DNA of 64,000 nt from Aplysia californica (taxonomy: Eukaryota), in the NCBI RefSeq assembly GCF_000002075.1, contig NW_004797286.1, forward strand, positions 2,226,053 through 2,290,052, read 5' to 3'. Under the pieces are notes generated by a model. It was not told where the DNA came from. It saw only the letters and a program-made list of their open reading frames with translations, and searched no databases. Position numbers and translations under genes: made by a program. Below are positions 43,001 through 55,950 of this stretch, piece after piece. How positions within the stretch are numbered: position 1 is the stretch's first letter; each line of letters starts with the position of its first letter.

Positions 43001-44214
43001 GAGTTTTGTTTCAGGTACCGGTACATCACGTATGCATTCAGGCTTTGATTCATTATAGTGCACCGGTAATTAAGTTACTCCTAACTCAACGTTAAAACTA
43101 CTAAAATAACGGTGAAACTCATTTTAAGAAAGTAACCCAATACGTGTTTACTAGCTATCACTTAGCATTTCTTCATGCAAAACGTCATATACCACGTACG
43201 TACAGGTACATGTATTTCGCAGCCATGACACGAAATAAACAAGTGTGGATGTTTTTGCTTTTGGGTGTTGTTGTTTTTTTGGGGTTTTTTTTAGGAGGGG
43301 CATTGGTTGGTCCTACTTCTTTCCTTTCTCTTTGTTGGTTCTGTTTGTCGTACATTTTCCCAGCACTAGATGACCATTACTGCGTCGATGTGCCTCTTTC
43401 TACTCAAACAAACGAAATTTAATAATTAGTTCAAATCTTAACAGCAGAGTAATAATACATGAAAATACATAATTGTGCATAATGAATCAAATACATGTAC
43501 ATAATACTACAAAATGTAGTGTGTTAAGTGTTCCCAGGCGCAGAACATATTAATAGAATGGTGTTATTGAAACGTTGTGTTAACTCGAAAGTCCGGTCTA
43601 CATTACACATGGAATCTTACACTACTCTCGCTTGTAATTGAAAAAAAATGTTGCTCACACTCATGCCATACTGTTGCGTCCCGAGTTTATTTTTGTAGTT
43701 CACCATGAACTTTGACGTCCTTTATGGAACTATGTTATACACATGCAGCCTGCTTTATAGACGGAGATTGAGTTTTCTTGCACTACAACTAATGATTAAC
43801 AAATGGAACACTTATTACATATGTATATAGATTAGCCATCAGTTTTGTATTCTTTCTTTTCCATTTATGTTATTTGCTCCTAATTCTTATCTTTTTTTCT
43901 GGTAGGCCTACAAGCCCTATAGTCTCACATGCATATGGAGGTTGACTAGACATCATTTGCGACGCACAGAGGTAGCTGATGTTTGCGTTTGAGTAAATTT
44001 AAGAAGCACATCGGCACAATAATGTTCATCGATTTGGCGAACGCCATGCTCTACAGCATGCGCTTTTTTTTTTACAGCTCTTGTATTTTTTTAAAAGCTA
44101 CCTAGAATCTACACGTAGATCTAAAATGCATCAACATTCCCTCAATACTTTTGAATGAATTCCAAAACGTGTCTTTTTAAGGGAAAAAAATCGCGCACTA
44201 GCACGTTTTTAAAT

Positions 44215-44228
44215 GTCACCATAGCAAC
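44215..44228. promoter_or_regulatory. RFX X-box motif upstream of kinesin heavy chain
   Basis: GTCACCATAGCAAC fits GTNRCC-N2-RGYAAC exactly; lies in a CpG-containing unique region. Confidence 0.55.
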
Positions 44229-44802
44229 GGCGGTTGTAGCGGGGAATGACCTCAGGAATATATCTTTCAATTTCAAGTTCGTATTTTTTCATTTAAGCAT
44301 TGTAACTGATTTTTTTTTTTTTGCTTAAAGAAAAAAGACGAACTTCTGTGTACAGCACGGCTCTTGCTAATTGACACTGTATTTCACTGAAGAGACGTGA
44401 TGATAAAATGTTTTCCAGGTCTTCTACGAGGATGAAAGTGGAAGAGCGAATGGTGGTGTTCCCTGGTGTGGTGAGTTTATAAAAAATCAATGGCCTACAC
44501 TCCTCGACAATAAATTTTCTTGGACAAAAAAAGGCTTAAAAATAAAAAGGGGTGTATTTGCTTTTTCCCATCGTGGTATTCAGATGCTACCTGGAGGGAG
44601 TTTATTGTCTTAACGTTGACGACGACGACCTTAGAATTAATTATTTATTATGTTGTACTATTCACTGCGAACTGCGTACCTCAAATCCGTTCATTGTCCC
44701 GTCCTCATTTGACCCGAGAACAAGAAAGCTTGAGGTCAGAGGCCAAAAGGTTTCAGATTCTAGAGCATCATGGGATAGACTGAGTGAGGGCATGTAATGA
44801 GA

Positions 44803-45147
44803 TGACGTCATTAAATTCCCACAATTCACAGGGAGCAATGGCTGCCTTGTCCGATCAATAGTGTAGTCTGCTTGCTCTTGAATGGATCTTTGTCGACAAA
44901 GTCCGTGATATACTCCATTTGAACTAAGTATAGTGATAAAGGGTGCACATTTGAAAGCTTATAGTTCTTTGCTGTTGTTTTAAGGGAGTATTCGGAACAA
45001 TACGGCTGAAGTTATTGCGTTCCAGATCAAACCTCTATGTCGGCGCAGCGCTTCCTGTTTTTCTGAGCAGTTGGAGCTCTGCCTGTGTTTAGCAAGCTCG
45101 CAGTGACATCATCTATTAATGCCACTGTAGGGCTGTTTGTATTTCAG
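44803..45147 (+). promoter_or_regulatory. CRE plus candidate non-coding first exon of kinesin heavy chain
   Basis: TGACGTCA 44803-44810; consensus donor CAG|GTGAGT at 45147/45148; the ATG exon has an acceptor (cttacag, 52027) and so needs an upstream exon. Confidence 0.5.
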
Positions 45148-45524
45148 GTGAGTGGCAATTATATCATGGCTATTGAAGCTAGGTCTATATTTGAACCTGC
45201 CAAAGCGTCTGGTTTGAATCCACACCATTCTAGCTTTTGTACTGTTATTGTCTGCTTTCTTGTCTGTGGGGAGCAGGAATAAAAAAATCTGACGCATTGC
45301 CTGGCCATTGCTGCTATGATGATGAGTAGGCCTAACAAAACTCCACAGAGTTCAAAGGCAGAGGAGAAACTGTTGCTGTTATTCGACCGGGATAAGCGAG
45401 GAGCATTAGCTTGTGTTTTCTTGTTGGGACATTGATTGAGATCGAGATCTTTATATTTCTAGCTCAAGTGCCTTCTCTCAAACAGCCTAGATCTAGATCT
45501 AGATCTAGATCTAGATTTCTAGAT

Positions 45525-46082
45525 GGAAGTGGCTATTCTCATCCGGGGTGAGAATAGAAAAACGATCTAGAATATAGATCTACCTCTCACCCCGGGTGAG
45601 ACTTGCCAGCGTAGGCTATTCTCACCCGGTGCGAAACAAGACCCGCTTTTCCTCATTTTGGAATACTGTCTATCGGTGTGGAGGATCAAATTGATAAAAG
45701 CCAAGAAAAAATTACATTATAGCACAAAAGTAAGCTAATTTGATCGTCTTCAAAGATGCTATGGCTATTTCACTGTTCGAATCGAGCCGAACTACGTGGG
45801 TCGCCATTTTGTTTTGCCAGGAAGTTCTCACAAGATCTACTCCTCCCCTCTCTCTCTCTCTCTGTCTCTTTCTGAATACTGTCTATCGGTGTGGACGATC
45901 AAATTGACCAAAACAAAGTTAAAAAATGGTGTTAAAACACAAAAGTAAATTAATTTGATTGTCTACAAAGATGCTACGGCTATTTAACTTTTCGAATCGA
46001 GCCGAACTACGCGGGTTGCCATTTTGTTTTGACGGGAAGTTCTCGCGCTACTCCTCTCTCTCTCTCTTTCTCTCTCTCTCTT

Positions 46083-46136
<54 letters not shown>

Positions 46137-46369
46137 CTACCCACAGACAAAATTGTACGCTTTTAGTAGGCTACAGTTGTAATGGAACGTTTGTTCACGG
46201 CACAGAATTCTACAATTTTTCTGTTTTCAGAGTGTAGAATTCTGTGGTTTAAGGTGAACGCAAAATTTGTTGGCCAAGATCTAGGCTATAACGGTGAACG
46301 CGCACCGGGTGAGAATAGCCAAAAGACTCGCCTGCACTATTCTCATCCCGGGTGAGAATAGAGGTGGCC
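45525..46369. mobile_element. MULE-like 9-bp-TSD element, copy B (reverse of copy A)
   Basis: TSD TTTCTAGAT (45516-45524 and 46370-46378); GGAAGTGG...GGTGGCC. Confidence 0.88.
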
Positions 46370-46535
46370 TTTCTAGATCTAGAATCAAGTCAGTGCAGCA
46401 TGCCAGTGGAATTGACATTGTGTCATAGTAACAGCAACAGTAGAATCTAGATTAGTCTAATCTGTAGACTAGTGAGTAGATCTAGATATCTAGATCTAGC
46501 AACCCACACACTATAAAATCACTAGAATTCTAGAT

Positions 46536-47455
46536 GGAAGTGGCTATTCTCACCCGGGGTGAGAATAAAAGGAAGTGGCTATTCTCACCCGGGGTGAGAA
46601 TAGAAATACGATCGACCTCTCACCTCGGGTGAGACTTGCCACCGTAGGCTATTCTCACTCGGTGTGAAACAAGACCTGTTCTTCCTATCGATGTGGATGA
46701 TCAAATGGATAAAGGCAAAGAAAAGATTACGTTATAGCAGCTCACAAAAGTAAGCTAATTTTATCGACTACAAAGATGCTATGGCTATTTCACTTTTCGA
46801 ATCGAGCCGAACTACAGGGGTCGCCATTTTGTTTTGCCCGGAAGTTCTCGGAAGATCTAGGCCTACTCCTCCCCTCTTCTCTCTCTCAATTTCTTAAGAC
46901 TCTTTCTGAATACTGTCTATCGGTGTGGACGATCAAATTGACCAAAACAAAGTTTAAAAATGATGTTAAAACACAAAAGTAAATTAATTTGGTCGATAGA
47001 CAGTATTCCAAAATGAGGAAAAACAGGTCTTGTTTCACACCGGCTGAGGATAGCCTACGCTGGCAAGTCTCACCCGGGGTGAGAGGTAGATCGTATTTTT
47101 ATTCTGGCCACCTCTATTTTCACCCCAGGTGAGAATAGTGCAGGCGAGTCTTTTGGCTATTCTCACCCGGTGTGCGTTCACAGTTATAGCCTGGATCTAG
47201 GCCAACCAATTTTGCTTTCACCCTAAACCACAGAATTCTACACTGTGATAACAGAAAAATTGTAGAATTCTGTGCCGTGAACAAACGTTCCATTACTACT
47301 GTTAGCCTACTAAAAGTTAGTAAAAGCGTACAATTTTGTCTGTGGGCAGTGGAGAGAGAGAGAGAGAGAGGAGTTGCGCGAGAACTTTCGGGCAAAACAA
47401 AATGGCGACCCGCGTAGTTCGGCTCGGTTCGAAAAGTTAAATAGCCATAGCATCA
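46536..47455. mobile_element. Rearranged cluster of three partial copies of the same MULE-like family
   Basis: 46536-46992 (duplicated terminus, B orientation); about 46993-47105 and 47106-47455 (A orientation). Confidence 0.8.
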
Positions 47456-50400
47456 TTTTATTATGTCTGCTTTGAGTGGTGACCTACTTTAACTGTTACT
47501 AAAAATAGATTGCACACACAATTTTTTATGAAACTGACAAACATAAAGAAGGGAAAAAAAGTATGATCAGATTGACCCAAAAATTTATTGAAAAGAATGT
47601 CCATTTCTGCTCATGACAGACAAAGAATGAATAATTTAGGACCCATTTATATATGAACACTTTGGTGGCACATGGAAAATTACATGTATTTTGGTGATAA
47701 TTGTTACCGAAAATATAATTTTCACAAAATTCTCTGATTACTCCCATTGTGCCAAGATTAGGCTATGACATTTCTACAAAAACATTCAAATCACATTATT
47801 TGACAATAAAAGAAGAGAATTCATCATCTAAAAGGTTTATAAACCAACTGTGATGCTAGAAAAATTAAAACTTGAGTTGAAAAATAGTGACAAAAACATT
47901 TGTGCATACATATTTCCACCCAGAATATAATGTCATTGAATACAAAAACGTCACTCATACTCATTAGCTGGATGATCTAGAAGACAGTTTCTTGTGCTAC
48001 TAAAACAGAAGTTTTTTCCACACTTGTTACATTTGACACTAGACTTTCTCTCAACTTTCTCAAGACGATAACAACGAAAACAATTTCTGCGCTAGAGATG
48101 GACGAGTCTCTTTCATTGCTGCAAGGTTGGCCTACTCGTAGCTGTATGTGCAGATCTGCAACACAAATGCCTCCATTCGAAAGAGAGAAGAAAGCACCTG
48201 TTGGAAAATAGATACACAAGAAAGAATTGATGATAAAATCCATCCATGATAAGAGATGTTTATATATGATAAGATAAATTTGATGGATCCACGAGAGAAA
48301 TTTTAGGTGGATATATAGGCTATACCAACGTTATATCAACATACAAAATTCAGCAACAACACAGCAAAGTACACATTACAAATTATACTACGCATGCACC
48401 AATGCACCATTCAATCAGACAAATGTACACACACAGTAGGCCTACATCTGTGCAGGATTAACCTTTCTCTTCGTCTTGCTCATTCTTTTATCCTCTCCCC
48501 CCCCCTCTGTTTCTCTCTTCNNNNNNNNNNNNNNNNNNNNNNNNNNNNNNNNNNNNNNNNNNNNNNNNNNNNNNNNNNNNNNNNNNNNNNNNNNNNNNNN
48601 NNNNNNNNNNNNNNNNNNNNNNNNNNNNNNNNNNNNNNNNNNNNNNNNNNNNNNNNNNTAATTTTGAACATAACAGACATCCCAATTTGTCCGTAAATTC
48701 TTGTTACAGCTAAAGTAAATGAATAGAGTCAAGCAAAGCATATGAATTGTTTCATTATTTGAGAAAAAAAGCCTGAGCATTAGCAATATCTACTGATTTT
48801 TTATAGTCTTGTTGTAAAAAATAAGGATTATAAAAATACAGATCGACCGGGGAAAAAATTCACCTGGTGTCAGATATTTCCGCATCTTGTTTGGTCCGGT
48901 CTTCATCGAGATGCAGGCCTGGCCGCAGCATCGGCTTGAACTTGGGTACCTTGCATCGTCCGCATCACGTTACGCACCAATGAAGTCACCCCTGTCGGAA
49001 AATGCACAGGAACAAGGCATGTTAGAACAAGTCCAGCAAGACTTTTTTGTCCACCACTCCAATCATACCACTCTCCGATTGTCAGACTCAGTTTACAAAA
49101 ATGACAACTCACAACTCGCCTGAGCTGAGGCCACATAGATCTAAATAAATTATTCCCTTGTTCACATAAAAATTAAAAATTGATGATACATTTAAATTGA
49201 AACAAATAATAACAAACTGCAGTAGATAGCAAACATTATCAATCAGTTGTAATGTTGAAAACTAAGAGAATCGTCTCAGGATCCGGCATTTTGAACGTAA
49301 ACAAGCAGCTAGCAACCGCACCTTGGGTAAAAAAAAAATGCCAAAAAAATAATAAAAGCGAGAAAAACTTGTCAAATTTAACCAATTTCATAAGAAAACA
49401 CCAAATTTTAATCATTTATACAATAAAACACACGTTTTAGTACCCACCGCAGGCCAATATTAGGTTTCGATAGGTCTAGCTGTTCATAGATGCTCAGTGC
49501 AATCATCACTTGACTTACCCGTTGGCAGTTGGCTGCACCACTTGGTCCTGGTTGAGGACTTGCTACGTCATTGTCAGATTCTTTATCTGATTCAGTCTCT
49601 GTCATCTATAGAAAACTCACTAAATGAGTCATCCAGACCATAATCGGGGTCAGAATCGAACATTTTACAATTTTACTTGAAAACTTGTTAGTTTTTTGTG
49701 AAGTCAGTCGAGCAGCTGTTCTTTGTTTACAAAATGGAGGCGAAGGAAACGAAAGTAGTCGAAAAATTGAGGTAATTATCCCTGCACCTCTAACGGCTAA
49801 CTCTTTCAAAAAAGGAGTTACAAATTGTGTATTTATAAAAGTTTAGCCATTCCTTTACCGAAATAAACCACATAGCAGACTCTAGGCAAATTATTATAGC
49901 GACAGCCGGCTTCGCTCAGGGCCCACCGGCGATCGACCGATCGGTCGATATACAATTAAGGGCGTGAACTCGAGAGCGTTAATATCCAGTTACTAGATCT
50001 ATCTGAACTGGCCCTCCCTGCATCTTTTGTATGAACAGAAAAGCCAAGTTGATTTGACATTACCGGGGGCAAAGTTAATTATGTAGACCAATGAGATTGC
50101 TCATAGTGATCACGCTGTCTCGGCTTGCTGGGGGAAGAGGTGTTCAGAAGAGGCCATGGCTGTCGATTTTGTGCTATGTGATTTTTAAAAGAAATTAATT
50201 TCGGAAAAAAACTAACACAACAAAATAAAATTAAACATCGGGAAAGACAAATGGTGGTGGAAGTAATGATGATGTTGTAGTGGTGATGGAAAGACCCTGA
50301 GTTGTCGGTTACCGTGTACTTAACTTAACTGGCATTGAGCAATGAGAGTGTAGTCTTTTGACTTTTGACACAATTACACAGTCCTAGTAGGTAATTCTAG

Positions 50401-52072
50401 TTTTAATTCTGGTTTTACATAAAATCCCCTGACAACAGTTAGGCTATATTATATATGTAACCTCTTTACACTCACATAAGTCACTTAAAAGCAGAGTTTG
50501 AATATGAAATCTAGGTCAGATCTCGTTTACTTCATATAATCAATGGCCATCAAAATCATATATTATGAGACTTAGAATTGATCTATAGGATAGGCTTTCC
50601 CTTTAGACTTTTTGGAGGAATTCTGTAAGGAGCGATCACTATGAAATCTAGGTTAGATCTTGTTTACTTCATATAATCAATGACCATCAAAATCATATAT
50701 TATGAGACTCAGAATTCATAATAATTTTCATTTATAGTTCCTACAGTGGGGGTAGGCTCTTAACCCCCCCCCACCCCCCACCCCCCCGGATCAGGGTTAA
50801 GGTTAACCTAGTGCTAGGTTTGGGTTAAGGCAAAGTTTATTTAGTCTAGTTCTAGTTTCGAGCTAGGATTAGAGTTAGGGAAATCGTTTATGGTTAGAGC
50901 TAGGGAGGGTTAGAGTTAGGGTTAGGATTATAATCTAGGTTTCTAAGTGATCGCTCTTTACGGAAGGCCTTCTCTTTTATATTTTGTATCACTTGATGGT
51001 TGAATCCAATTTTTGTTTCGCAGTGGCTATTTTTACGGCGAGCCGTAAAGATAGCCTCCCAGGCTATTTTTACGGCGTGCCGTAAAGATAGCCTCCCAGT
51101 GAGTCCCAGGCTATTTTTACGGCGATCCTTGAAAAGCGACCCTACTCCGCCTCTCATGTACGCGACATGCCTCAATGACAATGTATTAGATCTAGGCCTA
51201 TAGGGGCCGTTCAAAATATAAACTTACACCTCAGAGGGGAAAGGGTGTCTTTGGATTCTGTAAGAAAAGTGGAAGATTGGGTGAGGATGTTAACCAAATA
51301 TGACACTTTTGTGAGATGAACGTTTTGCTCATGACTGGGAAGAAAAGGTAAAAGAAAAAGTGGATAAATGCCAGTAACAAGACCCAGATCTGCATGATCA
51401 CTGCAGATCCCCGTTGTTGTTTTTTTTGCTTTTTGTTGTTGTTTTTTTTGCTTTTTGTTGTTGTTGTTTTTTGCTTTTTGTTGTTGTTGTTTTTTTAGGG
51501 GAGGGGGGGTACAAATAATTTTGAAATTATGATGAAAATTCTGTAGGTGGACATCTAATTTCTTAATGTTTCTTTGTAACTTTGCAACTGTTTTGTTGAT
51601 CTTTTAATGTCTTGATGTCTTTTATTTGTAAGGCACGTACCTATTGCATTGACAACAGTCTCAAAGTCTTCCACATATATGCGTTTCTTTTTAGTCCATA
51701 TGGTTTGATTAAATTGTATTCTGCCTTGGCATTGAACTGTAGTCTACACAGTCACTTACTGTTCATGCCACATACTTAAAATCAATATATATGGTATTAT
51801 GCCTCTACTGGCTCTACAGAGAGTATTTTGGACTAAGTTTCTCTTCCCTCCTCTGTTTTCACATAATGAACAACATTTGTTTTAATATACCAAGCAATTA
51901 TAGAGTAATGTTGTATAAGTTGGACTTAAATTAATTTCATGAGAATGTGAGAATACGATTATGTTGCTTTCTATAATTGTTGTTCCTGTGGGTGACGCTC
52001 TTCATTTTTACTTTCATTCTCTTACAGACACCAATATCTTCCTTGGATTTGGTGAAAAGACAATAAACAACC

Positions 52073-52198
52073 ATGGCGGGGGAAAACGAATGCAACATCA
52101 AAGTCATATGCCGTGTTCGGCCTCTGAATCAGTCAGAGGAGAGGACTGGCAGCAAGTTTGTTCTCAAATTTCCCTCAGAGGAGTCCATTGGTATCGGG
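52073..52198 (+). CDS. KHC: Kinesin-1 heavy chain, coding exon 1 (exon starts 52028)
   Basis: MAGENECNIKVICRVRPLNQSEERTGSKFVLKFPSEESIGIG; Kozak ACCATGG; donor GTGAGT; typical KIF5/KHC N-terminus. Confidence 0.93.
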
Positions 52199-53726
52199 GT
52201 GAGTGTCATTAGTTTTTGTTGTCTTCGATTTGAAGGATTAAGGCAGACATTTTTGGAGACACCTGTTCTTACTTTTGTGCTGTCTTAGTGCTTCAGATGT
52301 CTAAGTAAGTCGCAGTTTGTCCGTGATGTTTAAAGAAAATGCTGCTTTTAGATTACTTTTTTTTTACTACAATAAAGCCATTCTCAAAACAGTGGGTTAA
52401 AAATGTGGAACAGAATTATTTTAAACAGTTGACGATTATGGCCATCATTTGAATACTATGGTATCAAACTTTCAGGCAAGAAAATAAAGACGATGCTTTA
52501 GCTTGAAAAATTATACATTTTTAAATTCACCTATCGTCATGGAAAATGTGCAGGTAGCATGGGAATTTTTTTCCCCAGTTAAAAAGCAAGGCTAGTGGTA
52601 GCACTGAGCATCTTTGGATTGAAATGCAAACATACAGGTTGCTTTTTGGGGGGTTTTCATTCTTGGGATCAACTTGGGGGAGGTTTTAAATGTAAAAAAA
52701 AAAAAGATGTGTAGTGATACAAGTAGAACCATTAATTTAAACACCTGTGACAAAAGAAAAGGGATAAAAACTCCCATTGTCATGCTTTCTACTTTTAATT
52801 TGAGTGCTTTTTACTTTTTGGGTGTTTAATTAATTTATATTCTCTTTGTAGAACACACCCATGACTAGATAAATGAAAAAGATGCCTACCGGAATCTGTA
52901 TTTGATTTAAATGAATTCTCCTTTTGTGGTGTGTCATGGATGGTTCCATAGAGCAGGAATGGTAATGTGGTGTTTTGTTCTGGATTTTAATCAAAGTTTT
53001 AAAGTATAAGGTTGCACGCCCTTGCCTTATTTCACATTGCATTCAGCACAATGATTCCTTGTAAAGTCATCAAAGATTAAAATCACATTGTGGTTTCTCC
53101 CATAATTTTATCAGAGTATATGAACTTGAAAAGCTGAATCAATTATCTTGTATTTGTCGTTAATTAAATAGTTACTTACTTGCTATGGGATAGGATAAGA
53201 AATGCTTTGGTAAGTATTTCGAACTTGCACTTTCATATTCTGGACATTCAAAAAAGCTTTAAAATCATTTATCAGGGCAGTTGCGTAGGCCACAAATTTG
53301 ATTTTGAAGGCATATTACTGAAAGTTCGAAGTAAATCAATTTATAGCTGTTCTTGTTTTTAGATCCTATCAAAATCCTACATCATGGCCCTATCACTGAA
53401 CAGTAAATGATGTTAAAGTGAGTGATCAAACATTATCAACGTTTTTCCGTATTATTCCATCGTATGAATTGTAGTGGTATATATAAAGATACCTTTGAGT
53501 ACAACTGTGATGTCATAAATGGAATAGCGTTTGATCTAAAGCAAAAGGCTAAGAGGTTTTAAATGAGTGCCAGTTTCATTTGAACAATCATGTTATTCTT
53601 CCATTGTGTTGCTTTTCTCTTTGTTGCCAGTTGAGTTGATCTAATACTTTGAGGAGTGCCTTTAAAATTAATCAATAGGCCTATGAAAAATTTGTTGCAA
53701 AAATTTTTATTTTATTTTCATTTCAG

Positions 53727-53814
53727 GGTAAAATTTTTATGTATGACAAAGTGCTAAAACCAACTGTCACTCAGGAGTATGTGTACAATGTAACAGCAAA
53801 GCCCATCGTAGCTG
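53727..53814 (+). CDS. KHC: Kinesin-1 heavy chain, coding exon 2; gene continues beyond the window
   Basis: GKIFMYDKVLKPTVTQEYVYNVTAKPIVA(D); tttcag/GTAAGT; 88 nt; the next exon (GTIFAYGQT) was not found before 64000. Confidence 0.92.
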
Positions 53815-54869
53815 GTAAGTTAATTTTCATATGTTGTAATTTTTGTTGTAGTTTCCATTACTTATAATTTTTTATCTTATGATTGAGTCGAGAAAGGTCT
53901 GTAGCTTTGAAAGGTGTAGTTTGCAGTTGCCTAAAGATGGTCTGCTCAGAGTGTTTTTTTTTTTTATTTGTGAAAAAATATTTTGTAGCTTGTCATCCAC
54001 TGGTAACAAATATGTCATGACATGGTGTTTTCAGGCCCTCATTAATTTTGCTCATTTCGAGTTATTGGGACCATCTTAAAGCTTTTTTTTTTTTCTTCCT
54101 TTTGCTAAAAGAATACCCATCTCATGAATTATAGACAAGATGTTTACGGTTGAAGAAAAGGGGTCGCTTGGTGTCAGTGGTAAAACTAGTGGTCACCAAA
54201 GTTCCCTGCTTGAATGTCCTTGGAAATGAGCTTCACATTTTTCTTTTTTGTGCCTTTGATCAACATTTTTCAGTTAAATCCACTCAAAAATTGTGTATTT
54301 CGATGGATAAGGTATTGAGGCCCCCCCCCCCCTCCAAGAAAATGTTGGTAACTTCGATTTCATCATTTTGATGAGAGCCTGGTTTCATCACGATGCCACA
54401 AGCTTCTACATGGGGGTCTGAAAATAAGATGATTTGCACCAGTGTACATTAATTTTGCATATTTTGCCTTAATCGCCAAGCTTATTCCTTTTTGAAAAAG
54501 TTCTCTCCCCGTAAGTCTTTTGACTTTTTAAAATATTCTTTTTATTACCAATTATTAGATTTTACTTCGCCCATTGGTAGTTCTCTTTGCATAATCTGCC
54601 TTCAAATCGGTCACTATTTTCTTGCATGTAAATGCAGTAGTACTAATTTACAGTAGCAAGGGTTTGACATTTTATGGGGTTCTGATGTGTACCGTCTGTT
54701 GGAGAATTACTTACCTTTATTAATTTAAGGACTCTCTCTTCCCTTATTTTAAATTTTTTTTTTTATTGTTAACGGTTACATGAGAGGGTTGTTAATAAAG
54801 CACTCCTTTTCTGGCACATTTTTCTGTAGGTCTCATATTGCAAGTCTCCCAAAATAATTGCTCAAGGAG

Positions 54870-55350
54870 GCCTCTGAAAGTTTCTTTTGTCCTCATTTTA
54901 GGGGTTTTGTCTTCTCTTCCACCCGTTCAACAATGGCTTTCTCTACCTGCTCTCCCTGTTGGCTTACTTTACTTTACTTTTTCCTTCCTCTTGTATCATT
55001 AAATGTCGAGAGGAGGTGCAATTTTCAATCAAGGGCCAGGTGGGTGGCTTCTGTTGTTGATATGAAATTCTTTTGGAGTACTTCTTTAACGCCATCCAGC
55101 CAAGTTTTGCATGGTCTACCACTGCCATTATATATCCTGACTCATTTGGATTGTAAGCTTGTGCTGCTGGTTGATTTGGAGATATTCTTATTCTCATCAG
55201 ATGACTGAACCACTTGATTCTTTGATGTTCTATGTGTTCCTTAATGGGTTAAATTTCGGACAGATTTGTTCCTTATGCAGTCTTTCTTAGTAACGGTAAT
55301 TACTTTTCTGAGGAATTTCATCTCATTGGTAATGATCTTCCTTTTATGTA
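54870..55350 (-). mobile_element. Highly decayed LINE fragment (probably RTE)
   Basis: Minus-strand remnants resembling an RTE RT C-terminus (W.GH..R, RGRP.KTW.D-like). Confidence 0.4.
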
Positions 55351-55774
55351 CTGAGCGTTTAAGATCTTTTCTTTTATTCTTTGCTCTTCACTACCTTTAA
55401 ATAGATATCCCCCCCCCCCCCTTCTTATTTGTTGTGTACAGCATCAGTTGATTTTCTGAACTATTCTAAAATTAAATATCCACCTGATTTCGGAGTTTAT
55501 AATCCAACCTTTCAAATCAAATTTTTATATACGGAACAAAGAAGTACTTTTGTTTCCCAACTGTTGCGTGCTGGCTTCAATATGCGACTCTCATGTCCCT
55601 ATTCTTGAAATGTTTTGAGAGAACTGAAACTGAACAAAATTATGTTTCTCGGCTGAGGCTGGTGCTCTTGGTAACAACAGTCACTTTCAGTACAGTTGTT
55701 AATTGAGTTTATGCTGAGACATAAACTGAATGTTCTTATGATAAACATAAATATTTTTTCATTTAACATTATGT

Positions 55775-55950
55775 GTGGGTGGTTGGTGGGTGGTCTGGTG
55801 TGGTTTGCTCCTTTCCTACCAAACATCTATTGTCCTGATCTCTCCTCCTTTTTGTAGTTGTTGCTCTCTTGTAACACCTCTAATCTTTGGCACTTATATG
55901 ACCTTATTGTGTTGCAAGTGCTGTAAAACTCTTACTAAAACTAAAAACTA
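55775..55950 (+). mobile_element. ~180-bp short retroposon, copy 5
   Basis: Same family and same 5' start. Confidence 0.8.
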
